Shown piece after piece: positions 37,221-46,000 of a DNA stretch of 64,000 nt; the first letter of the stretch is position 1; every line of letters begins with the position of its first letter. Source of the DNA: Patescibacteria group bacterium (GTDB lineage: Bacteria > Patescibacteriota > Minisyncoccia > UBA6257 > Colwellbacteraceae); the NCBI GenBank assembly GCA_023380305.1, contig JAMCQZ010000005.1:14902-78901 (forward strand), in the 5' to 3' direction. Both the position numbers and the translations under genes were made by a program. The notes beneath the pieces were generated by a model, which worked only from the letters and a program-made list of their open reading frames with translations, did not search any database and was not told the DNA's origin.

Positions 37221-38117
37221 TCATATCTGCAATCCTTTCTCGCCGTATAAATCAAGGTAGTCCTGTAATATGCCATCGCATGAAGATTTGTAGGGACACT
37301 CGGCACACAAATTAATGCGTACTTTATTGGAGTTCTTTTCAAGACATGGAAAAAACAAATCTCTGGCGGTTTTCGGCAAGCTGCACGGTAAAAATTCGAC
37401 TAGAAGGAACTTAACCGGCGATTTTTGATATTTGTTTTTTTGGAGTACTCCGGCGACGTAACGGCTGAGAGTCGGCATATGACAGACGACACCTTTATCG
37501 CGGGATCGCTTACTCAAAGGCGCCACCCATAAAATGTTTATTTCCTTGACCCCCAAACGAATCAATAAATCGAGCGTCAACTCAAGGGTCGGATAATTAT
37601 GACGCGTGAGCGGAACATTAACGAGGATGCTCAAACCTGGTTTTCTCAAAGCCATCAAATTTTTGATCCCCTGAACCGTTTGCTTGAAACTGCCCGGAAC
37701 TTGAGTCATCAAATCATGCGTTTTCTCGTCGGCGCTGTTGAAAGAAATCCCCACCTGGTTGACGCCGCAAGCGATCATTCTTTTTGCAAAAGCCGGATAA
37801 GAAAGCAGGCGGCCGTTGGTGGCGACGCTCACCTGCCTGAATTTCAAAGTTTTTACAAAAGCCAGAAGCTTAAAGAAATCCGGCCGCAAAGTCGGCTCCC
37901 TACCCATTAGGCTTATAAAATCGTAATGGGCCCTGACTTGTTTAACCTCATCCTTTAACTCCTCCAAGCTTTTGTTCCGGAGATTTTTCAGATATTCATC
38001 GGCTTCGCTGCAAAATGAACAGTTATTGTTACAGGCGTAACCGCCGTAAATGTACGGACTGACATATTCGTGGCCTCGATCCGGCCACCTTTTTTTATCA
38101 TTCAAGCGTTTAGCCAT
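37221..38117 (-). CDS. radical SAM protein (HxsC4-like)
   Basis: CNNNCSFC, MGREPT, TNGR; LPC...CAECPYKSSCDG. Start moved to ATG at 38117. Confidence 0.92.
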   Translation of the reverse strand: MAKRLNDKKRWPDRGHEYVSPYIYGGYACNNNCSFCSEADEYLKNLRNKSLEELKDEVKQVRAHYDFISLMGREPTLRPDFFKLLAFVKTLKFRQVSVATNGRLLSYPAFAKRMIACGVNQVGISFNSADEKTHDLMTQVPGSFKQTVQGIKNLMALRKPGLSILVNVPLTRHNYPTLELTLDLLIRLGVKEINILWVAPLSKRSRDKGVVCHMPTLSRYVAGVLQKNKYQKSPVKFLLVEFLPCSLPKTARDLFFPCLEKNSNKVRINLCAECPYKSSCDGILQDYLDLYGEKGLQI

Positions 38118-39081
38118 GGCGTTTTTTCGGACGAATCTTATTAACGATCTTTCGAGGATCATCGTGTCGCGGCTTAAAATCAGAAACTCCGTAAAGGACT
38201 TTCAGGCGCGGGTAAAACCCTCCGCAGATCTCGTTCATCGAACACTCGACGCATTGAGGAGCCTTGTTCGCCACCGTGTGATCGGGTTTTTTAAAATCGA
38301 GTATCCTCTGGCCGCTATAATAATCATCCAATATTTTCAATCCCGTGAATCGAAAGTTGGTCGACACGGCATGCGTTTCGAATCCTTTCACGTGGCATAA
38401 AGGCACTATTTCTGAAATATCAAAATTAATTTTATATTCTTCGCACTTACGACAAGCCTTCCGGAGATAAGGACCGATGTCGGCCATTCTGGGAATAATC
38501 CATTTGTTCTCCCAAGCCCAACCGTCCGGCACGACGATGCTCAAATTGAGATAGAATCGCCCGCTTCGAATGTCCAAATCATGAACAAAATCGATCATCG
38601 CCGGCATGTCTTTATAATTGACCGAGTTGATCACGTGAATCAAGTGAAGTTCAAATCCCAACTGGCTAGCGCTTTTAATATTGTCTACGATAGTCTTGGA
38701 CCCGTAATTAATGCCTCGCAACTTATTGCTGATTTCCTCTCTATGACTATGAAAGGCAAAATTGATGATATCTAAACCCGCCTTCCGCCAAGCCATAAGC
38801 TCTTTAACACCGAACATCGTGCCGTTGGTTTGGATCTCTACGATAAATCCCCGCTTCTTCGCCTCCATGATGATACCGGATAATTTTGGATGGAGCGTCG
38901 GTTCTCCTCCGGTTAAAATAACGCGATGGGTTATATTCTCTCTTTTAAGCCTGTCGAGCTCTTCCTTGATTTTTGAAAACGGATAATCATCCGACTCGAA
39001 GCCGACCGGAGGACGGTTGCAAAAAACGCACTTCTGATTGCATCTTGAATTTATCTGCAGATAAGTATGGGTTTCCGCCAT
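38110..39081 (-). CDS. radical SAM protein (HxsC4-like)
   Basis: CNQKCVFC, LTGGEPT, QTNG; VPLCH...CVECSMNEICGG. Confidence 0.93.
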   Translation of the reverse strand: MAETHTYLQINSRCNQKCVFCNRPPVGFESDDYPFSKIKEELDRLKRENITHRVILTGGEPTLHPKLSGIIMEAKKRGFIVEIQTNGTMFGVKELMAWRKAGLDIINFAFHSHREEISNKLRGINYGSKTIVDNIKSASQLGFELHLIHVINSVNYKDMPAMIDFVHDLDIRSGRFYLNLSIVVPDGWAWENKWIIPRMADIGPYLRKACRKCEEYKINFDISEIVPLCHVKGFETHAVSTNFRFTGLKILDDYYSGQRILDFKKPDHTVANKAPQCVECSMNEICGGFYPRLKVLYGVSDFKPRHDDPRKIVNKIRPKKRHG

Positions 39082-40299
39082 TTATGGATTATCGTTTTTT
39101 ACGATCACGGCCATTATTTTCTTTTCTCGCAACGAATGCGCTAACGGCTGCAAATATCGCTCTATATAATCCGTTAATATAATCGCATTTAATTTGCCGT
39201 CCGCCAATCTTGATATTATCGCCTCGACATCGCCCGCATTTCTCAAACTGGCCCTGATTTTATTGCCCTTGAAGCTACGGGCGGTAACCGGCTTTAATCC
39301 GTCAAAACCGAATAATTCAATATACTCTCTCCAAAAACCCTGGCAGTAACCGGAAAGGATGCATCGCAAACAGTCCCTGTGTTTGTTTTTATAGAAATCT
39401 ACCGCTTCTTTTGACGACCATTCAAATTCATGAAAAACATCTTGACCGACCGCGCCAGCTACTTTTTCTTCTCCAAAAGACAATGATTGGAGAACCTTCT
39501 CTTCAAACCCCGGAATAATGCATAAAGGAAACTGGCCGCAAGCGGCTATACTCGTTTCATAATGATTTTGATTCAAAAAAATCAGAGCTTTCGTCAAAAA
39601 CGGTTTTAACAAACTAAACGGCACATAGATCCATTTATTTAAAACGGCATTTCCTTGAGGAAATGGGTAAGCTAAGGTGACGCTATGCACCGCCGGGAAA
39701 TTAGCGGAGATAAATGAACAAAACCTGGGCAAATAGCGAAAATTATCATTGGTAATCACGTGGTATACCGACATTCGGCGCTTGCTTTTAACGATAGCTT
39801 GCATGCCCTTGAACGTTTTCGAGTATGCTCCCGATAATCCGGTGATACGGTCGGAAATAACAGCGTTGTCGGCGTGCAACGAGACGCTAAAGACCAACTT
39901 GTGTTTAGTGTCCGCCTTAAAAACTTCTCCGGCGTAATGTTTATCGGCCATTCTGACAGCGTTGGTTAAAACCGAAATCGTCCTCAACCCTTTTTGCTTT
40001 TCCGCATAATCAATAATCTCGGGCAGATCATCGCGCAAGGTCGGCTCTCCGCCGGTTAACATAATTTCCTCTCCTCCGACTTCTGAAAAATCCTTAATAA
40101 CCCTTTTAACTTCTTTAAGATCCATCAAAGGAAAATTATGCTCGTTGCCTTTGATAAGGCAAAAATTGCAATTCTCATTGCATTGAGCGCCCAGGTTAAT
40201 ATAGAGGACTTCCGGAACGGCATCACCAGATCGTTCGAAAAACGTCTTTTTCTTGCCGGCGATCACTTTTTCAATTTTTTGAAGGGTGTTTTTTTTCAT
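39082..40299 (-). CDS. radical SAM protein (HxsC4-like) with C-terminal extension
   Basis: CNENCNFC, LTGGEPT, LTNA; FPLC...CLRCILSGYCQG; about 65 extra C-terminal residues. Confidence 0.92.
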   Translation of the reverse strand: MKKNTLQKIEKVIAGKKKTFFERSGDAVPEVLYINLGAQCNENCNFCLIKGNEHNFPLMDLKEVKRVIKDFSEVGGEEIMLTGGEPTLRDDLPEIIDYAEKQKGLRTISVLTNAVRMADKHYAGEVFKADTKHKLVFSVSLHADNAVISDRITGLSGAYSKTFKGMQAIVKSKRRMSVYHVITNDNFRYLPRFCSFISANFPAVHSVTLAYPFPQGNAVLNKWIYVPFSLLKPFLTKALIFLNQNHYETSIAACGQFPLCIIPGFEEKVLQSLSFGEEKVAGAVGQDVFHEFEWSSKEAVDFYKNKHRDCLRCILSGYCQGFWREYIELFGFDGLKPVTARSFKGNKIRASLRNAGDVEAIISRLADGKLNAIILTDYIERYLQPLAHSLREKKIMAVIVKNDNP

Positions 40300-41258
40300 T
40301 TTTCCGAGCCCAATAAATCAGCAATACAAGACCCGATATCTTTCTCCACCGCAGCCAAACCAAAAATCTGGGGGTACGGCTTCCAAATCCCGGCGCAACG
40401 TTTTTTCATAGAACAATCGGCGCAAACGCCGAGTCTTGTCTTATGGATATCCTCGTAAAGATCGCCTTTATTGCTAAAGCGTTGCGGATTATAACCGACC
40501 TGCTTGAACTCGTCCACGCGGCCTTGAGCGTCAAAAACCGTAATGTGTTGATCTTTAATAAGCCTTTTTCCGAGAACGCATACCGGAAAATCGAAAAACT
40601 CGACTTGGTCGAACCGATCGATGATCCCCGCCAGTCGGCGAATATTTAAAGAAAGCGTTTTGATATCAACGGCCAATTTATCATAAAATTGCTCGGCGTT
40701 ACCGAAAGGTATCAAATCGAGCAAGCCCCAAACGCGCACACCCAAATTCGAAAGAAATTCCCCCGTTTCCAAAAGATAGCCACAATTCAAACGACAGACG
40801 ACAGTATTGACGCTTAAGGTGACGTCTTTACGCGCCAAAATATTTTTGATGCCGGCGACGGTCTGTTTAAACGAATCCGGAGTCCTCGCAATGGCATTAT
40901 GTGTTTTAGCGTTCGGTCCGTAAAGCGTCAAAGTGATGCGGTTTAACCCTGCATCCGCAGCTTTATTTAAAAAACGTTCGTAACCGAACATCCGGCCGTT
41001 GGTGCTCATGGCAATTTCCGTAAAACCGCTCTTTTTAGCCGCGGCGATTAAAGCAAAAATATCCGGCCGGATGGTCGGCTCTCCGCCGGTGAATTCCACG
41101 CGCGCGTAACCGGATCGTCGTCCCTCGTCAATCAGTTTTAAGATATCCCGCGTATTTTTGTCCTTGTTCAACTTCGCTTGCGGCCGCAAAGAACAAAGCA
41201 AGCAATTATTATTGCAAGAGAATCCCGTCATAATTAGCCACAACTTACTTGTGTCCAT
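40296..41258 (-). CDS. radical SAM protein (HxsC4-like)
   Basis: CNNNCLLC, FTGGEPT, STNGR; FPVC...CADCSMKKRCAG. Confidence 0.93.
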   Translation of the reverse strand: MDTSKLWLIMTGFSCNNNCLLCSLRPQAKLNKDKNTRDILKLIDEGRRSGYARVEFTGGEPTIRPDIFALIAAAKKSGFTEIAMSTNGRMFGYERFLNKAADAGLNRITLTLYGPNAKTHNAIARTPDSFKQTVAGIKNILARKDVTLSVNTVVCRLNCGYLLETGEFLSNLGVRVWGLLDLIPFGNAEQFYDKLAVDIKTLSLNIRRLAGIIDRFDQVEFFDFPVCVLGKRLIKDQHITVFDAQGRVDEFKQVGYNPQRFSNKGDLYEDIHKTRLGVCADCSMKKRCAGIWKPYPQIFGLAAVEKDIGSCIADLLGSEK

Positions 41259-42264
41259 TTTCTCTTTTTATACTTTGAGTTTTTTCTAGGTCGCTGCTTT
41301 TAACTAAAATCGGTATATAGGGATGATCCTTCTTTTTCTTAATAAGACTCTTTCCGTCCTTATAGACCTCGAAGAAATCAGGCGTCATCGTCAAACGATT
41401 TCCCTCGACAATCTTTTTCTGGACCATCCGCAATTCTGCCAGATAAGAGCTGTCATTGTCTTGATAAAACTCGGCAGAAGTTATTCGCGGCTCCATTTTT
41501 TTATAGGCGATTTCGGAGTGCAGGAAATCGTCGCTTTGAAAATCGCCTTTTAATAAAATCCTGTCGGCACAATTCCAATAAAGCGCAGCATAATTCTTAA
41601 GCTGGTCTTCGGTTTCAGCGACAAAATCGGGCGCGACGTCTCTCATGGCGTCTAAAATAGCATCGACGTATTTTTTGCTCGGAGAACAATCCAGGCTACA
41701 AGGAAAATGAGGTATCAGAGACAATATAAAAACATTCAACTGCCAAGCTACTTTTTTCGATCTTTTCAACGATTCAACGGCCGGATTTCGAAAACCGAAA
41801 TTATCCGGGTTCGCATCGTTATTATTAAGATAATTTCCGAATTCGAGGCAACAGTCGGGATATCCCATGAGTTTCCCAAAACTTTTTCCATAACGGCTGT
41901 CGAGCATTTTCCAGTGATAATGAGCGACGGCGCTCAAAGCCTTTTTCCGGTCTTTAGAGATACCGATGATCAGGTTCCCGTCGCGAGGATCATCAAGACT
42001 GACTTCTTGGAAGATACCCCTCGGACTGTTGATAATGTATTTTCGACGGGAAAAAGCCATTTTTAACCCCAATTCCGAGCACAACTCTCCCAGTTTTTTT
42101 AATCTCGCGGGCGTGGAGACGTCATAGACACCGGTGTTAGCCTCGGCCATGGCCGGCTTGATGTCGTACACCACGCCAAGAAGCTCAAGCGACGACAAAT
42201 AAAATAACTGACCGATTTCCAAAACCTTATTGTAAACCTCTGTTTTATTTGTCGTTTTTGGCAT
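41245..42264 (-). CDS. Cys/His-rich hypothetical protein, DUF483-like
   Basis: GKLMGYPDCC and HFPCSLDC motifs. Start moved to ATG at 42264, overlapping the upstream rSAM end. Confidence 0.6.
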   Translation of the reverse strand: MPKTTNKTEVYNKVLEIGQLFYLSSLELLGVVYDIKPAMAEANTGVYDVSTPARLKKLGELCSELGLKMAFSRRKYIINSPRGIFQEVSLDDPRDGNLIIGISKDRKKALSAVAHYHWKMLDSRYGKSFGKLMGYPDCCLEFGNYLNNNDANPDNFGFRNPAVESLKRSKKVAWQLNVFILSLIPHFPCSLDCSPSKKYVDAILDAMRDVAPDFVAETEDQLKNYAALYWNCADRILLKGDFQSDDFLHSEIAYKKMEPRITSAEFYQDNDSSYLAELRMVQKKIVEGNRLTMTPDFFEVYKDGKSLIKKKKDHPYIPILVKSSDLEKTQSIKRENGHK

Positions 42265-43180
42265 GTCGGCGCGTTTTGACGACCGGTCGGAATTCTCCCC
42301 ATCCGAAAATATCTGGATATTCTCTCCACGGTCCTTCGCATATCTTATTATGCTTGCATTTAATACACAAAGAGCCCTTGGCTTTCCCGCGTTCGCGCCG
42401 ATACGTGGCATAATCTTTAATATCGATATTGGCGTCGAACACATGGGCGTCCGGTATAATCTGTTCGGCGATATAAGTCTCGTAACCGGCCATCAAACAG
42501 TATGGTATAGCTTCGGTCATGCAATTAACGCCCGCTTTCTTGCCTATATCTAAAGCTTCCTTGACGTACGGCATCACATCGGTCACTCGCGGAACGATTT
42601 CTTCTATCTGGCACAGATCGTGGGCGATCAAATTGTTGATGTGGATAAAAGCGCATTGGAATTGGTCAACGCCGAGCCGCACTAAAAGCCTGGCGATGTT
42701 CGGTAAATCTTTATAATTAATTTTGGTGATGACCGTATTCGTCATCACCCGCTTGCGAAGTCCAACAAGGTTTTTGATGCCCTGGACGGTCTGATCGAAG
42801 CTTCCTGGAGAACGCGTCAATTTGTCATGGATAGCCGCGGTCGAACCATGCAATGCCGGGCTGAAATCATCGGCTCCGGCGCGAATTATTTCTTTACAAT
42901 AATCAAGATAGGCGAACACCCGGCCGTTTGTCTGGATCTGAATGGGTTTATAACCCAACTTGTGGGCATAGGCCACTGCCTCCAAAAGCAACTCTTTTCT
43001 CAAGGTTGGCTCTCCTCCGGTGAAGACGACCTCGTCGCATCCTTCTTTCCAGCTCTGTTTCAAAATGGACTTTATCTCCTCGATCGGACGATTCGGATAA
43101 TGATATCTTTTATCTCCCTGAACGCAGAAAACACAATGATTATTGCACTGAAAACCCATTTTTAAATCCAACCTTTTCAT
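42245..43180 (-). CDS. radical SAM protein (HxsC4-like)
   Basis: LKMGFQCNNHCVFCVQG, FTGGEPT, QTNGR; EAIPYC...CIKCKHNKICEGPW. Confidence 0.94.
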   Translation of the reverse strand: MKRLDLKMGFQCNNHCVFCVQGDKRYHYPNRPIEEIKSILKQSWKEGCDEVVFTGGEPTLRKELLLEAVAYAHKLGYKPIQIQTNGRVFAYLDYCKEIIRAGADDFSPALHGSTAAIHDKLTRSPGSFDQTVQGIKNLVGLRKRVMTNTVITKINYKDLPNIARLLVRLGVDQFQCAFIHINNLIAHDLCQIEEIVPRVTDVMPYVKEALDIGKKAGVNCMTEAIPYCLMAGYETYIAEQIIPDAHVFDANIDIKDYATYRRERGKAKGSLCIKCKHNKICEGPWREYPDIFGWGEFRPVVKTRRHAKNDK

Positions 43181-45147
43181 AACGCTGTCTTATTAATCGA
43201 TTTTATCTTTGAAATTTGACAAAAATCCCGATAAATCTCTTCTCTATCCGCATACGCCTTAAAATTTTTGCGGCCCGTTTTTCCCGCCGCGAAGCGCACT
43301 TTGTCGTCCGCAACGCGATACAGTTCAAGACATTCCTTATAGGTTTGGGGCAATTCTAATTCCGCACAAAAGGACGCGTAGTTTTCCGGCCACAATCCTT
43401 TGGGAAGAGGCTCTGTTATTTTAAAATAGACCCGGTTTTTGCGTAAGGCCCTTAAAAATTGAAGGATTTTCTTGCCATTTTGAGGATTGATATCTTTAAG
43501 TTTTAGTTGAAAATTCAAAAGCACCGCCGTCAGTTCCTCTCGGCTGTTTTTATATTCGATTATCTTTTTTTTCAAGTCCTGAAGACGGTCTAATCGGTCG
43601 ACGATAATATAGGGATTTTTGGCAAGGTCTTCGCCGTTTTTACTCATTCGCAGTTCAAAATCTGTATACAACATAGAATAGAATAGTTTGCTCCCTCTGT
43701 ACGCCAAACAGGGTTTTTTATTAATCAAATAACGCTCGGCCAGATAGGCGAAGGCGTAAACAAGACCGTTTTTTTGATCGGCGTCGCAGCTGCGTTTCTC
43801 GGGGTCAATGCTTCCGTATTTCATGCCCAAGGCATACAAACAAATCGGCGAACAGGGAGACACTAAAGAGCACGAATCGCAGTGATTTATCGCAAACTGG
43901 TGATCAATCACATCTACCAATCGGTTAAGTTTCTTGAAATCCATTTTAATTCGTTTCGTCCCGCGATCATAACGCCCGATAAGAAAATCCTTCATAAAAG
44001 GATACTGTGTAAAATCCCAAGAGCTCGTATGCCGTGAACAGGACGACACATAGCCGTCAGGGTCAACAATAAAATAATTTTTGGTATAGATGCCGCAAGT
44101 CAACGTGTTACCCAGGGCACCGAAATTAGCCCCTCGTACGTTCATCCGCAACTCATCTTGAAGCTCCATAAACTTTTGAGCCTCTTTGAAATAAATCGTG
44201 GGGCGCTGGAAAGCTTGATAGGCTATCGATCCTTTCTTATCATCGGCCGTCTTATAAAGCTGTTCCGCAATGCCGCTGAAATTAAGCGAGCTGATATCCA
44301 ACGTCCTTACGCCCAATTGCCAAAAATAATTAATCACCCTCAAATCATTTTCATAAAATTCGTCAACAGCGGTGGTTCTCACCCTGAAGGGCGCCTTTTT
44401 TTTGACAAAATATTTGATTGTCTTTTCGACAAATTTACTACTCGCCCTACCGTTAGCCAACGGCCTATATTTGTCTTGGATAAAAGCCGGCCCATCGCAG
44501 GAAATCTGCGGAAAACCGGCATTATTAATCAGCCAATCCGCCACCGACCGAGAGATCACTCCGTTGGTCGAAATGGGCTGGATGACTACTTTGGGGATTC
44601 TTTTTTTTGCATAATCCAATATTTTTTTCAACAATTCAAACTCCAGGGTGTTCTCCCCTCCTCCTATCAACTTAAGGTTTAATTCGCCGCCGCAATATTT
44701 GGAGACGAAATCGATAGCAGCTTTCGCTATCGAAAACGGCATTATCTTGTTCTTTTCCCTCCGACCCGCTGACGCGTAACAATAACGGCACCTCAAATTG
44801 CAGTTCAGAGTTAAGTTCAATCCCAAATCTCTAAAATAATACGGCGGCTTATATATCCGCGGTCGATCGGTTTTAGGAACAATAATATTGAGATCTAAAA
44901 GTAGCTGGGGAATGGGTTCTGTCTCTGAAAAATGCCTGATATATTTGTCATAGTCTTCTAATGAAAATCTAAATATCTTGGCCAAGACAAAAGAAAAGAT
45001 GATAATTCCATCTCTCAAGGTCCATAAAGGAGTCAGATTCGGATTAATCTCAAACCTAATATTTTGAGGCAAGTTGAGTATCCTCCCGCCCTCTGCGCTT
45101 TCTACATGATAGAAACTTTTCTTTAAATCTATAATTTTTACCAACAT
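43177..45147 (-). CDS. radical SAM/SPASM domain protein with N- and C-terminal extensions
   Basis: CNLRCRYC, GGGENT, STNG, ISCDGP; SPASM-type CG...VDPDG.V.SC...CDSC....PC...C. Confidence 0.9.
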   Translation of the reverse strand: MLVKIIDLKKSFYHVESAEGGRILNLPQNIRFEINPNLTPLWTLRDGIIIFSFVLAKIFRFSLEDYDKYIRHFSETEPIPQLLLDLNIIVPKTDRPRIYKPPYYFRDLGLNLTLNCNLRCRYCYASAGRREKNKIMPFSIAKAAIDFVSKYCGGELNLKLIGGGENTLEFELLKKILDYAKKRIPKVVIQPISTNGVISRSVADWLINNAGFPQISCDGPAFIQDKYRPLANGRASSKFVEKTIKYFVKKKAPFRVRTTAVDEFYENDLRVINYFWQLGVRTLDISSLNFSGIAEQLYKTADDKKGSIAYQAFQRPTIYFKEAQKFMELQDELRMNVRGANFGALGNTLTCGIYTKNYFIVDPDGYVSSCSRHTSSWDFTQYPFMKDFLIGRYDRGTKRIKMDFKKLNRLVDVIDHQFAINHCDSCSLVSPCSPICLYALGMKYGSIDPEKRSCDADQKNGLVYAFAYLAERYLINKKPCLAYRGSKLFYSMLYTDFELRMSKNGEDLAKNPYIIVDRLDRLQDLKKKIIEYKNSREELTAVLLNFQLKLKDINPQNGKKILQFLRALRKNRVYFKITEPLPKGLWPENYASFCAELELPQTYKECLELYRVADDKVRFAAGKTGRKNFKAYADREEIYRDFCQISKIKSINKTAL

Positions 45148-45217
45148 AAAATTTTTTAGAATAGAGACATTCTAACGCGTAGAAAATGATCCGCAAGTTC
45201 CATCCAAAATTTTATTT

Positions 45218-45994
45218 TTATGGATAGAACTCGTATATGCCGCTATTGTGGCAACAAGACGAATAGTGGGCGGAATGGGATCCATGGGAAGAATGGGAGC
45301 CATGGGAAACATGGGAGCCATGGGAAACATGGGAACCGTGAGAAGAATGGGAAGAATGAGAAGAGTGGGAGCCATGGGAAGAGTGGGAGCCATGGGAAGA
45401 GTGGGAGCCATGGGAAGAGTGGGAGCCATGGGAGCCATGGGAAGAGTGGGAGCTGTGGGAGGAATGGGAGCCATGGGATCCATGGGAAGAGTGGGAGCCA
45501 TGGGAAGAGTGGGAGCCATGGGAAGAGTGGGAGCCATGGGAAGAGTGGGAGCCATGGGAAGAGTGGGAGCCATGGGAAGAGTGGGAGCCATGGGAAGAGT
45601 GGGAGCCATGGGAGGAGTGGGAGCCATGGGATCCGTGGGAAGAGTGGGAGCTGTGGGAGGAGTGGGAGCCATGGGAAACATGGGAACCGTGGGAAGTATG
45701 CGAAGAATGGGATGTATGTTGTCCTTTGCCGGCGACATTTTCAAACTGGCTTGTGTGGTTGGCCGCAGTCGGCGGCGCCGGAATAACCGTCTCATCTCCG
45801 GACTGATGCTGGGCGCCTCCGGTGATGTTTTGAAAATAACTCCGATGAGCGGCGGAGGCCACTTTCGTCAGCATCAAACCGAGCATCGCCAAACCGGCGC
45901 CCAACTCCAGGACGTTCTTTTTACTGATCCTGCCTTCTTCGCTGTTTAGAAAACACTCGATCTTCTTTTTAAATATCGGCAAGTTATTTTTCAT
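45218..45994 (-). CDS. hxsA: His-Xaa-Ser repeat precursor protein (HxsA-type)
   Basis: 258 aa; leader with hydrophobic segment, then 49 contiguous H-x-S triplets (x = S/G/V/T); immediately downstream of hxsB. Confidence 0.9.
   Translation of the reverse strand: MKNNLPIFKKKIECFLNSEEGRISKKNVLELGAGLAMLGLMLTKVASAAHRSYFQNITGGAQHQSGDETVIPAPPTAANHTSQFENVAGKGQHTSHSSHTSHGSHVSHGSHSSHSSHSSHGSHGSHSSHGSHSSHGSHSSHGSHSSHGSHSSHGSHSSHGSHSSHGSHSSHGSHGSHSSHSSHSSHGSHGSHSSHGSHSSHGSHSSHGSHSSHSSHSSHGSHVSHGSHVSHGSHSSHGSHSAHYSSCCHNSGIYEFYP
45278..45718. repeat. coding tandem repeat, 9-bp unit with 18-bp higher-order unit
   Basis: Plus-strand unit GGGAGCCATGGGAAGAGT (encodes HSSHGS on minus) repeated with variants. 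Confidence 0.97.
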
Positions 45995-46000
45995 GAAGAG

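Noticed and set aside
45278-45718. Possible CRISPR array
   Set aside because: Tandem units without unique spacers, protein-coding, and no cas genes in the window
45172-45949. Alternative-frame ORFs over the repeat (MAPTLP, GSHGKS and MGRVGA repeats)
   Set aside because: These are shadows of a stop-free 9/18-bp repeat. Only the HxS frame has a leader and fits the hxsB/hxsD context.
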